Below are positions 35,077-43,255 of a stretch of DNA of 43,255 bases, piece by piece. Every line of letters begins with the position of its first letter. The first letter of the stretch is position 1. The translations under genes and the position numbers were made by a program. The notes below the pieces were generated by a model. It ran no database searches and was not told where the DNA came from. It was given only the letters and a program-made list of their open reading frames with translations. Source of the DNA: Phototrophicaceae bacterium (GTDB lineage Bacteria > Chloroflexota > Anaerolineae > Aggregatilineales > Phototrophicaceae); NCBI GenBank assembly GCA_036261085.1, contig DATALK010000184.1, positions 1 through 43,255 on the forward strand, given 5' to 3'.

Positions 35077-37854
35077 TTAAAGGCGAACACAGCGAAAACC
35101 TCTGACATAGCTCCTGCTAACGGGGGCATATCTGTAACGGTTAGGGGCACGGAAAAGCGTCGAATCGGCACTGAACCACGAGCCACCCCGCAGCACACGA
35201 GCATCGCTTCCTTCCCAGTCTGTATCTTCTGGTTCAACATAAAACTCACGCCATTTGCTTAAACACCACTCCCAGACATTGCCGCTCATGTCCAGCACTC
35301 CATAGGGTGACGCGCCCGCTGAAAACAACCCAACGGCACTGGTCTGCCCGATACCAGTGTCTTGGGTATTAGCTTTTATCGCGTCATATTCATTACCATA
35401 AGGATAAATCCGTCCATCGGTTCCCCGCGCCGCTTTTTCCCACTGCGCTTCGGTAGGCAGGGTCACCTCATAGCCCAATTTCACACTCAACCAGCGACAG
35501 AACGCCAGTGCTTCATACCAGCGCACATAAATCCGGGGATGGTTCGCTAACCGGAACAACAAGTCAGCATATTCATCCGGCGCAGTACGTTCTCCCTTCC
35601 ATGCCCACCCGGATTCTGTCCACCATTCGCGCCGGTTGTATCCATCCGAGGCCATGATAAACGCCTGAAACTGAATATTCGTCACCAGATAGCGACTGAT
35701 ACAATAGGTAGGTAAAGTGACTTCGTGCGGTGGTGCTTCTTTATCATCAGCCTGTAGTGACTTATCACAACCCATCAGGAACGGCCCAGCGGGAATTTCC
35801 ACCCACTCCATGTCCGGCAGTCCATCTGACCGCAGCCCAACACCAGGGCGCGGATCGCCCAGGCGGTTGAGGATCCGTCCCGCTTCTGCTCGTGCTAGCG
35901 GCGGCACAGCGCCCGTCATGACCGCGACCAGCGCCGTCTGAACTGGTGCAGCAGCGGCGGCATCCGCCAAGCCTTCGGTCAGCGCACGGCAGGCCAGCAC
36001 CGGATGGGTCTCTTTCAGCCAATCCGCGATGCCGGTTTGCATCCCGGCCAGCAGCACCGCCGTTTCTTCCCAGCCTGTCGGTTGCCACCAAAGATCGCCC
36101 GGCCAAAAATGCGCCGCTGGCACGCCCCGCCGCACGTCTTCACCCAGTTCGCAGGCGGCAAAATATTCTTGCAGCAGTTGGTGGAAAAACTTAAGTTCCC
36201 CTTTAGCGCTGTCCAGGGTCAGCAGCGTGGCACTTTCGGCCAGATACAGCAGTTCATCCGGTGAGCCAAAGTCATTATCAGCCAGCGCTATCTTAGCCCA
36301 ATCCACTGAAACACTGGTTCCCAATCGCTCCGACTGCATCCGATAGGCCAATTGCGCCAATGCTTGCCGGGCGGTTCGCGCCCGCCCCCGTGCCTGTTCG
36401 CGGGTTTGCGGATCACGGCTGTTGACCGCCAACCGCCCGCGCCGTTCCAGCAGCAAATCCACAAAGGCAGCAAATAACTGCCCCCGATTCGTCGGAGGTT
36501 GCCCGCTGCTGATGAACACCTCTACCGTGATTTTGAGCAGAAACGGGTTTGACACTAATCCTAACAGTCCGGGCAAATCCCCAGTTTCACGCATGACCGC
36601 CCGCATGGCATTATAAATCCGATCAAAACGATCATTGGATTGATCATAAACCGGATGTTTATCCGGTTCGCGCGCAATGTCACCACCCTGCCAAAAATCA
36701 TCGAAATCAAGTTGAGCAGTCTGAAATAACTTCCAGACCTGGGTTAGATCCTCTCCGACCAATGCCCAAAACAACCGGTCACGATCCACATCTTCTAGGT
36801 AATTGCCGATAAACAGCCGAATCCGGCTCACATCCAGCGGAGACACATCCACCCGACGCAGCGGCAACACCCGCAGCCCGGTATAGTCCAGCTTGCGACA
36901 TGTCACCACCACCAGCATATCACGGTGCAGTTGTAGCCAATCGTCTACTTCTGGCACACTATTGCGCGGCATTTCGTTCAAGCCATCGAGCAGCAGCACG
37001 ACTCGTTTAGGCGGGTAATCTCGCAGCGCTAATCCACCAAAGTAAGTAGTTATATGTTTTTCCAGCCCGCCGCCAGTATACGCCCCCAGTGGCACATACA
37101 CCGGCAGTGGGGCGTGGTCATCGTCCAGCGCCGCCACCGCAAATTCGTAGGTCAACCGCTGCAAGGTGGTCGTTTTGCCGCTGCCCGGTTCGCCGATCAA
37201 CACAATGCCGCCCTGCCGCACCACTTCCCGCAATTCATTCACGGTGTCTACCGGATCGTGGTCGCCACCTTCTAGGAAGCCGTGTTCCCGGTAAACCGCA
37301 TTCTGCATGTTCACATATTTCAGCGCGTGGGTTTTCACCGCCACTTTCGGTTTGGCCGCCTGTGCCCGCCCGCCCAGGTCGGTGTACAGATAGAGCCACT
37401 GTTCAAACTGCTGGCACAACCCTTGCAAATAGGCGCGTTCCTGTTCCCGGCGCGTCTGCATGGGGGCAGGGGTATCAGGCTGCGGCAACCGTTCCAGCAG
37501 TTGTGCTTTTCCAGCCTCATAATCGGCAAAAGCAATCCAGGTCAGCAGGTTAATCGTCACGGGCATAATCCCGCCCGAACATTTCAGCGGAATCAACCGC
37601 GTCCCCACTTCCAGCGCATAGGCGATTTCCCGCCGCACAAAGCTGTCTTCCCGTGCGACATCGGGTGTAATCAGCACAATCATGGCGGGCGCTTCCCGAA
37701 TAGCTTTTTCGATAGCGGAATCAAACGGGCGCGCGGGGTCGAGATCGCGCACATCCTGCCAAACGGTATACCCGGCAGCGGTCAAGTCGGCATACAAACG
37801 CTGCGCCAGGTCAAGCGCGTCTTTCCGAGCATAAGAAATAAACAGTGGCGGCAT
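35077..37854 (-). CDS. TIR - NACHT/STAND NTPase - FGE-sulfatase (SUMF1, CLec-fold) protein
   Basis: LFISYAR.D...VW.D...SFVRREI (TIR with Glu); GEPGSGKTT, LLLDGLNE, VTCR, NPFLL, FFHQLLQEYFAA; LGDPR.GVG, IPAGPFLMG, LPTEAQWEKAARG, DMSGNVWEW, RVLRGGSW..GFRCV. Confidence 0.9.
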   Translation of the reverse strand: MPPLFISYARKDALDLAQRLYADLTAAGYTVWQDVRDLDPARPFDSAIEKAIREAPAMIVLITPDVAREDSFVRREIAYALEVGTRLIPLKCSGGIMPVTINLLTWIAFADYEAGKAQLLERLPQPDTPAPMQTRREQERAYLQGLCQQFEQWLYLYTDLGGRAQAAKPKVAVKTHALKYVNMQNAVYREHGFLEGGDHDPVDTVNELREVVRQGGIVLIGEPGSGKTTTLQRLTYEFAVAALDDDHAPLPVYVPLGAYTGGGLEKHITTYFGGLALRDYPPKRVVLLLDGLNEMPRNSVPEVDDWLQLHRDMLVVVTCRKLDYTGLRVLPLRRVDVSPLDVSRIRLFIGNYLEDVDRDRLFWALVGEDLTQVWKLFQTAQLDFDDFWQGGDIAREPDKHPVYDQSNDRFDRIYNAMRAVMRETGDLPGLLGLVSNPFLLKITVEVFISSGQPPTNRGQLFAAFVDLLLERRGRLAVNSRDPQTREQARGRARTARQALAQLAYRMQSERLGTSVSVDWAKIALADNDFGSPDELLYLAESATLLTLDSAKGELKFFHQLLQEYFAACELGEDVRRGVPAAHFWPGDLWWQPTGWEETAVLLAGMQTGIADWLKETHPVLACRALTEGLADAAAAAPVQTALVAVMTGAVPPLARAEAGRILNRLGDPRPGVGLRSDGLPDMEWVEIPAGPFLMGCDKSLQADDKEAPPHEVTLPTYCISRYLVTNIQFQAFIMASDGYNRREWWTESGWAWKGERTAPDEYADLLFRLANHPRIYVRWYEALAFCRWLSVKLGYEVTLPTEAQWEKAARGTDGRIYPYGNEYDAIKANTQDTGIGQTSAVGLFSAGASPYGVLDMSGNVWEWCLSKWREFYVEPEDTDWEGSDARVLRGGSWFSADSTLFRAPNRYRYAPVSRSYVRGFRCVRL

Positions 37855-38075
37855 AATTGATCTTCGTATTGATCTGAATAATAACACCCATTATCCCCGG
37901 CTCACGCGGCTACCGCAAGTTTTTACGCCTCAGATCAAACAATTCCATCCCGTCGTTACCTCAGTTTTCCGACTGATGGTATACTCCCTAGTTGAATTCC
38001 GCTTTAAGAGCGCGTTTTGAATCGTTCACAATTGGCACGCGGTATCGGAAACCGGCATCCCCGTGGGAGCATGTA

Positions 38076-40151
38076 ATGCGTCGTCGTTTGCGCTTGCAGT
38101 ATGTCTATTTTGTTGAAGCGGTCCTGATCGGCGTTTTTTTCGTTCAGGCGCTTCGTTTTCTGATCGGCATGGTTTACAGCCGGGTTGGCGGCCTTTCGGT
38201 TGTCACCGCCCTTGACCCGGCAGCGATCCCTGCCACCATGCCCGGCGTGGTTGACCCCGGCATTGTCACCAGCGAAATTTCGTTCCTGATTTATATGCTG
38301 GCGCTGCCGCTGCTGGCCCTCATTTTTGGGCGCTTCCGCTGGCTGTTTGTCCTGGCCGCCGTGCTGACCGCCGCTGGCCGCACTTTGATGCTGGCTGACA
38401 GTACCTTCGCCCCGACTATGGGCGCGGCGCTGGCCGTTGGCGGTGGGTTGTTGTACACCGTGATGGTCATTCGCCACCGCGCCTCCCTGCTACCCTATAT
38501 GTTTGTCCTGGCGCTGGGCATTGACCAGCTTTTCCGCGCCTTTGGCAATACCCTGGATGGTTCCTGGTCGCCGCGTTACCTGCAAGTGCAAATCGTGCTG
38601 TCGCTCATCACCGTCGCCCTGAGCATTCTGGGTTTCGCCGCGCATTTACGCCGCCGCCAGGACGATCAGACCGCCGTTTCGCCGGATTACGGCCTGATGC
38701 CCTTTTGGGGCGGCATTGGTTTTGGCGGCTTATTATTTTTGGAACTGTCGCTGCTCTCGCTGCCCAACGCCATCGCGGGCCGCGCCGCTGTGGATTACAC
38801 CACCTTCGCGCCATTGGTAACGTTAGCAACATTACTACCACTCATTCCCTGGCTGCGCCGGCAGGCGCGCGGCTTTATTACCACCTTTGACGGCAGCGTG
38901 CGCGGTTGGCTGTGGATGCTGCTCACGGCGCTGCTGGTGATGATCGGCACGCGCTTTCAAGGTGTAATCGCTGGCGCGGCCCTGGTAGTGGCCGCCTTCA
39001 GCGCCAGTATGATGTGGTGGTGGCTGGCCCGGCCTCAGGCGGAAAAAGAACGCAACTTCAGCGGCCTGTGGTTGGCGGGTGGGTTTATGCTGTTTTTGCT
39101 GCTGGTCGCGGGCGATAATTTCACTTACGAATACGCTTTTGTGCGCAATCTCGCGCCCGAACTGGCGTTCTTAAACAACATTATTCCGCCATTTTTGCGC
39201 GGCTTTCGCGGCATGGGAATTGGTCTGCTGCTGCTCAGTCTGTTTCTGGCCGCACTGCCAATGGTACAGACGACCCGGCGTATTCCCTGGGCCGGTGGAA
39301 CGCGGTTGCAATCGCTGTTGGCGCTGCTGCTGGTCGCCGGATTCACGGGCGGTGTCGCCTATGCGGTGCGCCCACCCGTCATTCAAGGGGTACACGATGC
39401 CGACAGCCTGCGGATTGGCACGTATAACCTGCACAATGGCTTCAACGAATTTTATCACTTTGATCTGGAAGCCAGCGCGCGCACCATTCAGCAAAGCGGC
39501 GCAAATGCGGTACTGCTGCAACAGGTCGAAGTTGGAAGGTTAACCAGCTTTGGCGTTGACCAGGCGCTCTGGTTGGCGCGGCGGTTACGCATGGGTGAAC
39601 GTTTTTACCCCACGAATGAAGGCTTGCAGGGGTTGGCGATACTATCTAACGTCGAAATCGTCTATGACGATGGCGCGCTGCTGACCAGCACCAACAGCCA
39701 GCAAACCGGCCTCCAGCGCGTGCAAATTCGCCCGGACGCGGGCATCATTACGCTATATAATACCTGGCTCGGCTTCCTCCTGGAAACCGGCGACGGGCGC
39801 ACTATCGAACAGCAGGAGCAAGACCAGCAGCGCCAGTTGAACGAAGTTTTCGCCCTTATCAGCGCGGCCCACCCGGACGGCAATCTGGGCCGCATGATTA
39901 TCGGCGGAACCTTTAACAATGTCCCCGATTCGCCGCTGATTCAGGAGCTGCGAGCCGCCGGATTTAGTGACCCCTTTGCCGGACTGCCGCAGGAACTGAA
40001 AGCCACTTTATGGCGCACCGGCTATCCGCGTGTGCAGTTTGATTACCTGTGGGTGCGTTCGATGCAGGCGTTGGGGGCAGTAGTGATGGATAGCAATGCG
40101 TCCGATCACCGGATGGCCGTTATTGAGGTGCAAATCACCAGGGGCGGATAG
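38076..40151 (+). CDS. Polytopic membrane protein with C-terminal endonuclease/exonuclease/phosphatase domain (Cwh43/PGAP2IP-like architecture)
   Basis: Many TMs, then LRIGTYNLHNG, VLLQQV, GLAILS, IIGGTFN..P, FDYLW, ASDHR. GGAG RBS before ATG 38076. Confidence 0.8.
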   Translation: MRRRLRLQYVYFVEAVLIGVFFVQALRFLIGMVYSRVGGLSVVTALDPAAIPATMPGVVDPGIVTSEISFLIYMLALPLLALIFGRFRWLFVLAAVLTAAGRTLMLADSTFAPTMGAALAVGGGLLYTVMVIRHRASLLPYMFVLALGIDQLFRAFGNTLDGSWSPRYLQVQIVLSLITVALSILGFAAHLRRRQDDQTAVSPDYGLMPFWGGIGFGGLLFLELSLLSLPNAIAGRAAVDYTTFAPLVTLATLLPLIPWLRRQARGFITTFDGSVRGWLWMLLTALLVMIGTRFQGVIAGAALVVAAFSASMMWWWLARPQAEKERNFSGLWLAGGFMLFLLLVAGDNFTYEYAFVRNLAPELAFLNNIIPPFLRGFRGMGIGLLLLSLFLAALPMVQTTRRIPWAGGTRLQSLLALLLVAGFTGGVAYAVRPPVIQGVHDADSLRIGTYNLHNGFNEFYHFDLEASARTIQQSGANAVLLQQVEVGRLTSFGVDQALWLARRLRMGERFYPTNEGLQGLAILSNVEIVYDDGALLTSTNSQQTGLQRVQIRPDAGIITLYNTWLGFLLETGDGRTIEQQEQDQQRQLNEVFALISAAHPDGNLGRMIIGGTFNNVPDSPLIQELRAAGFSDPFAGLPQELKATLWRTGYPRVQFDYLWVRSMQALGAVVMDSNASDHRMAVIEVQITRGG

Positions 40152-40157
40152 CCGATT

Positions 40158-40859
40158 TCAAACCGTCAGTTCGCCCTTTTCGATCAGTTTGAGCGCGTCA
40201 CGAGCGGCGGATTGGGCCGCAATTTGTTTGCTCCGTCCCGTACCCGTTCCGGCGACCTTGTCGGCGATGAGGACTTCCACCACAAATTCTTTTTGATGGT
40301 CGGGGCCGGTAGCGGAAACGGTGCGGTAAACCGGCGTGCGATTAAGTTCGGCCTGACTCCATTCCTGCAAACGACTGCGGGCATCTTTGTCTATCGCTTC
40401 TTCTAACACCTGCTCAATCAGCGCTTCCAGACGCGGTAGGATAAAGGCGCGGACGGCTTCCAACCCTTGATCGAGATACAACGCGCCCGTCACCGCCTCA
40501 AACGCGCCGCACAGATTATTGACCCGTTCGCGCCCGCCGCTGGCTTCTTCGCCGCGCCCCATCCGCAAGCACTCGCCAATCTGAATTTCCTGCGCCAGTT
40601 GGGCCAGGGACTCCGTTCGCACTAAAGCCGCGCGCAAGCGGGTGAGCTGGCCTTCCGGCATCTGCGGGAAATGCTGGTACAAACTATCACCAACCAGAAA
40701 ATCCAGTACGGCATCACCCAAAAATTCCAGCCGTTCATTATCGCCTTCGGCCTCACCATGCTCGTTGATATAAGACCGGTGGGTTAACGCTTGCTGGAGC
40801 AAATCCTGGTTGCCGAAGCGAACCCCAATTTCCCCTTGAACTGTTTCAACTGCTGTCAT
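40158..40859 (-). CDS. rnc: Ribonuclease III
   Basis: ALTHRS, NERLEFLGDAVL, FEA..GALYLDQG, dsRBD GPDHQKEF..G.G.SK..A.Q.AA. Confidence 0.97.
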   Translation of the reverse strand: MTAVETVQGEIGVRFGNQDLLQQALTHRSYINEHGEAEGDNERLEFLGDAVLDFLVGDSLYQHFPQMPEGQLTRLRAALVRTESLAQLAQEIQIGECLRMGRGEEASGGRERVNNLCGAFEAVTGALYLDQGLEAVRAFILPRLEALIEQVLEEAIDKDARSRLQEWSQAELNRTPVYRTVSATGPDHQKEFVVEVLIADKVAGTGTGRSKQIAAQSAARDALKLIEKGELTV

Positions 40860-40886
40860 TGAGAATATCTCAGAATCCTATCAGAG

Positions 40887-40912
40887 TCCGGGCACGAAGT
40901 TTCGTGCCCGGA
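40887..40912. other. Perfect intergenic hairpin between fabF and rnc
   Basis: TCCGGGCACGAA-gt-TTCGTGCCCGGA, no U-tract on either side. Confidence 0.6.
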
Positions 40913-40929
40913 ACTAATGAACAAACGGG

Positions 40930-42171
40930 TTAATTAAACGCCTTAAAAATCAGGGAAACGTTGTGGCCGCCAAAACCAAACGAATTACTCATCACCGTTT
41001 GAATGGGCATCGGGCGCGCCGTATTCGGCACGTAATCCAGGTCACATTCCGGGTCGGGTTCATTCAGGTTAATGGTCGGCGGCGCCACCTGATCGCGGAT
41101 TGCCAGCACCGAGAACGCCGCTTCCATCGCTGCCGTTGCGCCCATACCGTGTCCGGTCATACTCTTGGTCGAACTCATCGGCACTTTGTAAGCCTGGTCG
41201 CCAAACGCCAGTTTTACCGCCTTTGTTTCCATCACATCATTGAGGGCCGTTGCCGTCCCATGCGCATTGATATAATGAATATCGGTGGGGTTTAGCTGAG
41301 CATCTTCTAACGCCTGCCGGATGGCCTGGGCCGCGCCCCTGCCTTCCGGGTCGGGAGCCGTAATATGGAACGCATCCGAAGTTGCCCCATAACCCACCAT
41401 TTCCGCCAGAATATGCGCGCCGCGGGCTTTGGCAAATTCCAGTTCTTCCAACGCCAGCACCCCAGCGCCCTCACCAAAAACCAGCCCCAGGCGGCTTTTA
41501 TCAAACGGACGGGAAGCGTGCTGCGGATCATCGTTCAACCGTGAACACGCGCCAACCCGATCAAATGTGGCGATGCCCAGCGGGAAAATTGGCGCTTCGC
41601 CACCACCAGCCAACGCCTGGTCAACGCGCCCCATGCGAATCAGGTGAAAGGCGTAACCAATACATTCCGCGCCGGTAGCACAGGCTGACACTGGCGTGGC
41701 GGTTGGCCCCATCGCGCCGACTTCCAGGCTGACCAGATTACTGCCGCCGTTGACCACCAGCATCGGAATCCCAAAAGGGGTAATCCGGCGCGGATCGCCC
41801 GATTTGAAAAAATCTGTCGCCTGCTCGTAGTAACACTCAACGCCCCCCACTGCCGAACCAATAACCACACTTGAGCGCCAAGGATCGGCCTCCGGGACGT
41901 GGAAACCCGAATTACGAACCGCTTCCGCGGCTGCCGTGACTACAAATTGCTGGTAACGATCCCGGCGGCGCGCTTCTTTAGCCGGCATATAATCCGCCGG
42001 ATTCCAGTCCTTCACCTCGGCGGCAATTTTTACCAGATGATTGGAAGCGTCAAAACGGGTAATTGGCCCAATGCCGCAGTGCCCAGCCTTGATCGCTTCC
42101 CAGGTTGATTCTACAGTGTGGCCGAGCGGAGAAATAATCCCCATACCGGTCACAACTACTCGTCTCGTCAT
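40930..42171 (-). CDS. fabF: Beta-ketoacyl-ACP synthase II
   Basis: RRVVVTGMG, SACATG, SRPFD, DAFHITAP, INAHGT, KSMTGH, SNSFGFGG.N. Confidence 0.92.
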   Translation of the reverse strand: MTRRVVVTGMGIISPLGHTVESTWEAIKAGHCGIGPITRFDASNHLVKIAAEVKDWNPADYMPAKEARRRDRYQQFVVTAAAEAVRNSGFHVPEADPWRSSVVIGSAVGGVECYYEQATDFFKSGDPRRITPFGIPMLVVNGGSNLVSLEVGAMGPTATPVSACATGAECIGYAFHLIRMGRVDQALAGGGEAPIFPLGIATFDRVGACSRLNDDPQHASRPFDKSRLGLVFGEGAGVLALEELEFAKARGAHILAEMVGYGATSDAFHITAPDPEGRGAAQAIRQALEDAQLNPTDIHYINAHGTATALNDVMETKAVKLAFGDQAYKVPMSSTKSMTGHGMGATAAMEAAFSVLAIRDQVAPPTINLNEPDPECDLDYVPNTARPMPIQTVMSNSFGFGGHNVSLIFKAFN

Positions 42172-42283
42172 GCAAGCTCCCATTGATTAAGTCAATCTTG
42201 TTGCGGGTGGGTTAAAAAGCCCCCGCGCTTTATTGAAACTCAAGCTGTTTTTAACACAGCCGCCGCTGATTTACCATGTCTGG

Positions 42284-43006
42284 TTAACCATCCACCTGTT
42301 TGTCAGCGGTTGTCGGCCAATAATGGCCTTCAACCCACCCGGAACCATCAGGTCGAATTTCCTTTTTCCAGACCGGCACAATTTCTTTCAAACGATCAAT
42401 CCCATACCGCGCCGCCTCAAAACACCCTTGATCGCGGTGACCGGACGAACAGGCAATCACAATCGTATTCTGGCCCACTGCCAACTGACCGACTCGCTGC
42501 ACAATGGCAATCCCCTGCACCAGCGGCCACTGCTGGCGGATTTCCGCCGCGACCTGCCGCATCTTTGCCAGCGCCATCATTTCATAAGCCTCATACTCCA
42601 GGCGCTGCGTCTGCACCACCTCACTACCCTGGCCGGTTTCACCGCGTACCATACCGCTAAACACACAGACCGCCCCGGTAGCCGGGATCGTAATGGCCTG
42701 AATCAGTTCATCGGTGCTGAACGCCTCGCCCGCCAAACGAATTACTTCCGGGTAAGAACCATCGCCACCGCTGACGGGCGGGAAAAAAGCCACTTCATCA
42801 CCATCCTGAACGCCATCCCCGGCAAACGCATACTCCTGGTTCACCGCCGCAATCGCAGCGACCACATGCGCGGCCATCGGGGGATACAGGGCCGTCAAAG
42901 CCTGTTTAACGTCGGCCACCGTCGCGCCGTCCGACACGGTAACAGTCAAACGATTCTGTCCGGCCAGATCTTTGAGCGTCGCAAACAATAAAACATGAAT
43001 CTTCAT
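42284..43006 (-). CDS. moaD-moaE: Fused molybdopterin synthase MoaD-MoaE (MoaX-type)
   Basis: V.LFA.L...[20 protein letters not shown] followed in frame by [21 protein letters not shown]...FEA..Y.IDRLK..VPVWKKE. Confidence 0.93.
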   Translation of the reverse strand: MKIHVLLFATLKDLAGQNRLTVTVSDGATVADVKQALTALYPPMAAHVVAAIAAVNQEYAFAGDGVQDGDEVAFFPPVSGGDGSYPEVIRLAGEAFSTDELIQAITIPATGAVCVFSGMVRGETGQGSEVVQTQRLEYEAYEMMALAKMRQVAAEIRQQWPLVQGIAIVQRVGQLAVGQNTIVIACSSGHRDQGCFEAARYGIDRLKEIVPVWKKEIRPDGSGWVEGHYWPTTADKQVDG

Positions 43007-43254
43007 TCCGCCTCCGCCTGATAATCGCCATGCTGACCGCCCTGTTTTTCCAATAAACGAATGTCACTCAGGCGCATTCCCCGATCAACCGCCTTCGCCA
43101 TATCATAAACCGTCAGCGCAGCAACGGTCACAGCGGTCAGCGCTTCCATTTCCACACCCGTTTTCCCAACCGTGCGCGCCGTCGCCGTGATCTGCACGGC
43201 GCTCCGCGCTTCATCCAACTTCAAATCCACATCAATCTGCGTCAGCGCCAGAGG
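43003..43254 (-). CDS. moaC: Cyclic pyranopterin monophosphate synthase, 5'-truncated by window edge
   Basis: [10 protein letters not shown]...[25 protein letters not shown]...LLEK.GG; ATGA overlap with moaD-moaE. Confidence 0.95.
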   Translation of the reverse strand, partial: PLALTQIDVDLKLDEARSAVQITATARTVGKTGVEMEALTAVTVAALTVYDMAKAVDRGMRLSDIRLLEKQGGQHGDYQAEAE

Positions 43255-43255
43255 A

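Noticed and set aside
1-43255. CRISPR array, tRNA/rRNA, prophage, autonomous IS
   Set aside because: No regularly spaced repeats, cloverleaf or rRNA motifs, phage genes or transposase ORFs recognised by eye.

Overview
GC-rich bacterial chromosomal window. Gene style (secreted SH3 proteins with 'AAQ' signal peptides, TIR-NACHT-FGE protein, MoaD-MoaE fusion) suggests a Chloroflexota/Anaerolineae-like organism, which is an inference. From left to right: (1) a secreted TPR / family-5 solute-binding / SH3 operon, an orphan Imm32-like gene and two secreted proteins. (2) A tightly coupled minus-strand six-gene operon (13170->6246): GNAT/FemAB-like transferase, GT87-like glycosyltransferase, a close homologue of M. 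tuberculosis Rv3378c (diterpenyl transferase), a class II diterpene cyclase like Rv3377c, a membrane-embedded PAS histidine kinase and a receiver-only response regulator. This is the best candidate for an undescribed system: a decorated-diterpenoid synthesis-plus-sensing module. (3) A divergent lipid-linked glycosylation locus (GT2, HTTM-DCC1 pair, 2 methyltransferases, GT4, GlpD-like oxidoreductase, epimerase, AsnB, flippase-like protein, 2 GT-C enzymes) interrupted by a ~190-bp MITE inserted into a GTAG-REP-like palindrome. (4) A heterodimeric ABC exporter, an MtaD-like deaminase fused to a CYTH-like domain, and a TIR-NACHT-FGE-sulfatase protein whose 3' end resembles a DGR variable region. 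(5) A membrane EEP protein with degenerate catalytic motifs, then rnc, fabF, moaD-moaE and partial moaC. No rRNA, tRNA, CRISPR array or transposase was seen. All family calls come from motif recognition by eye, with no database searches.
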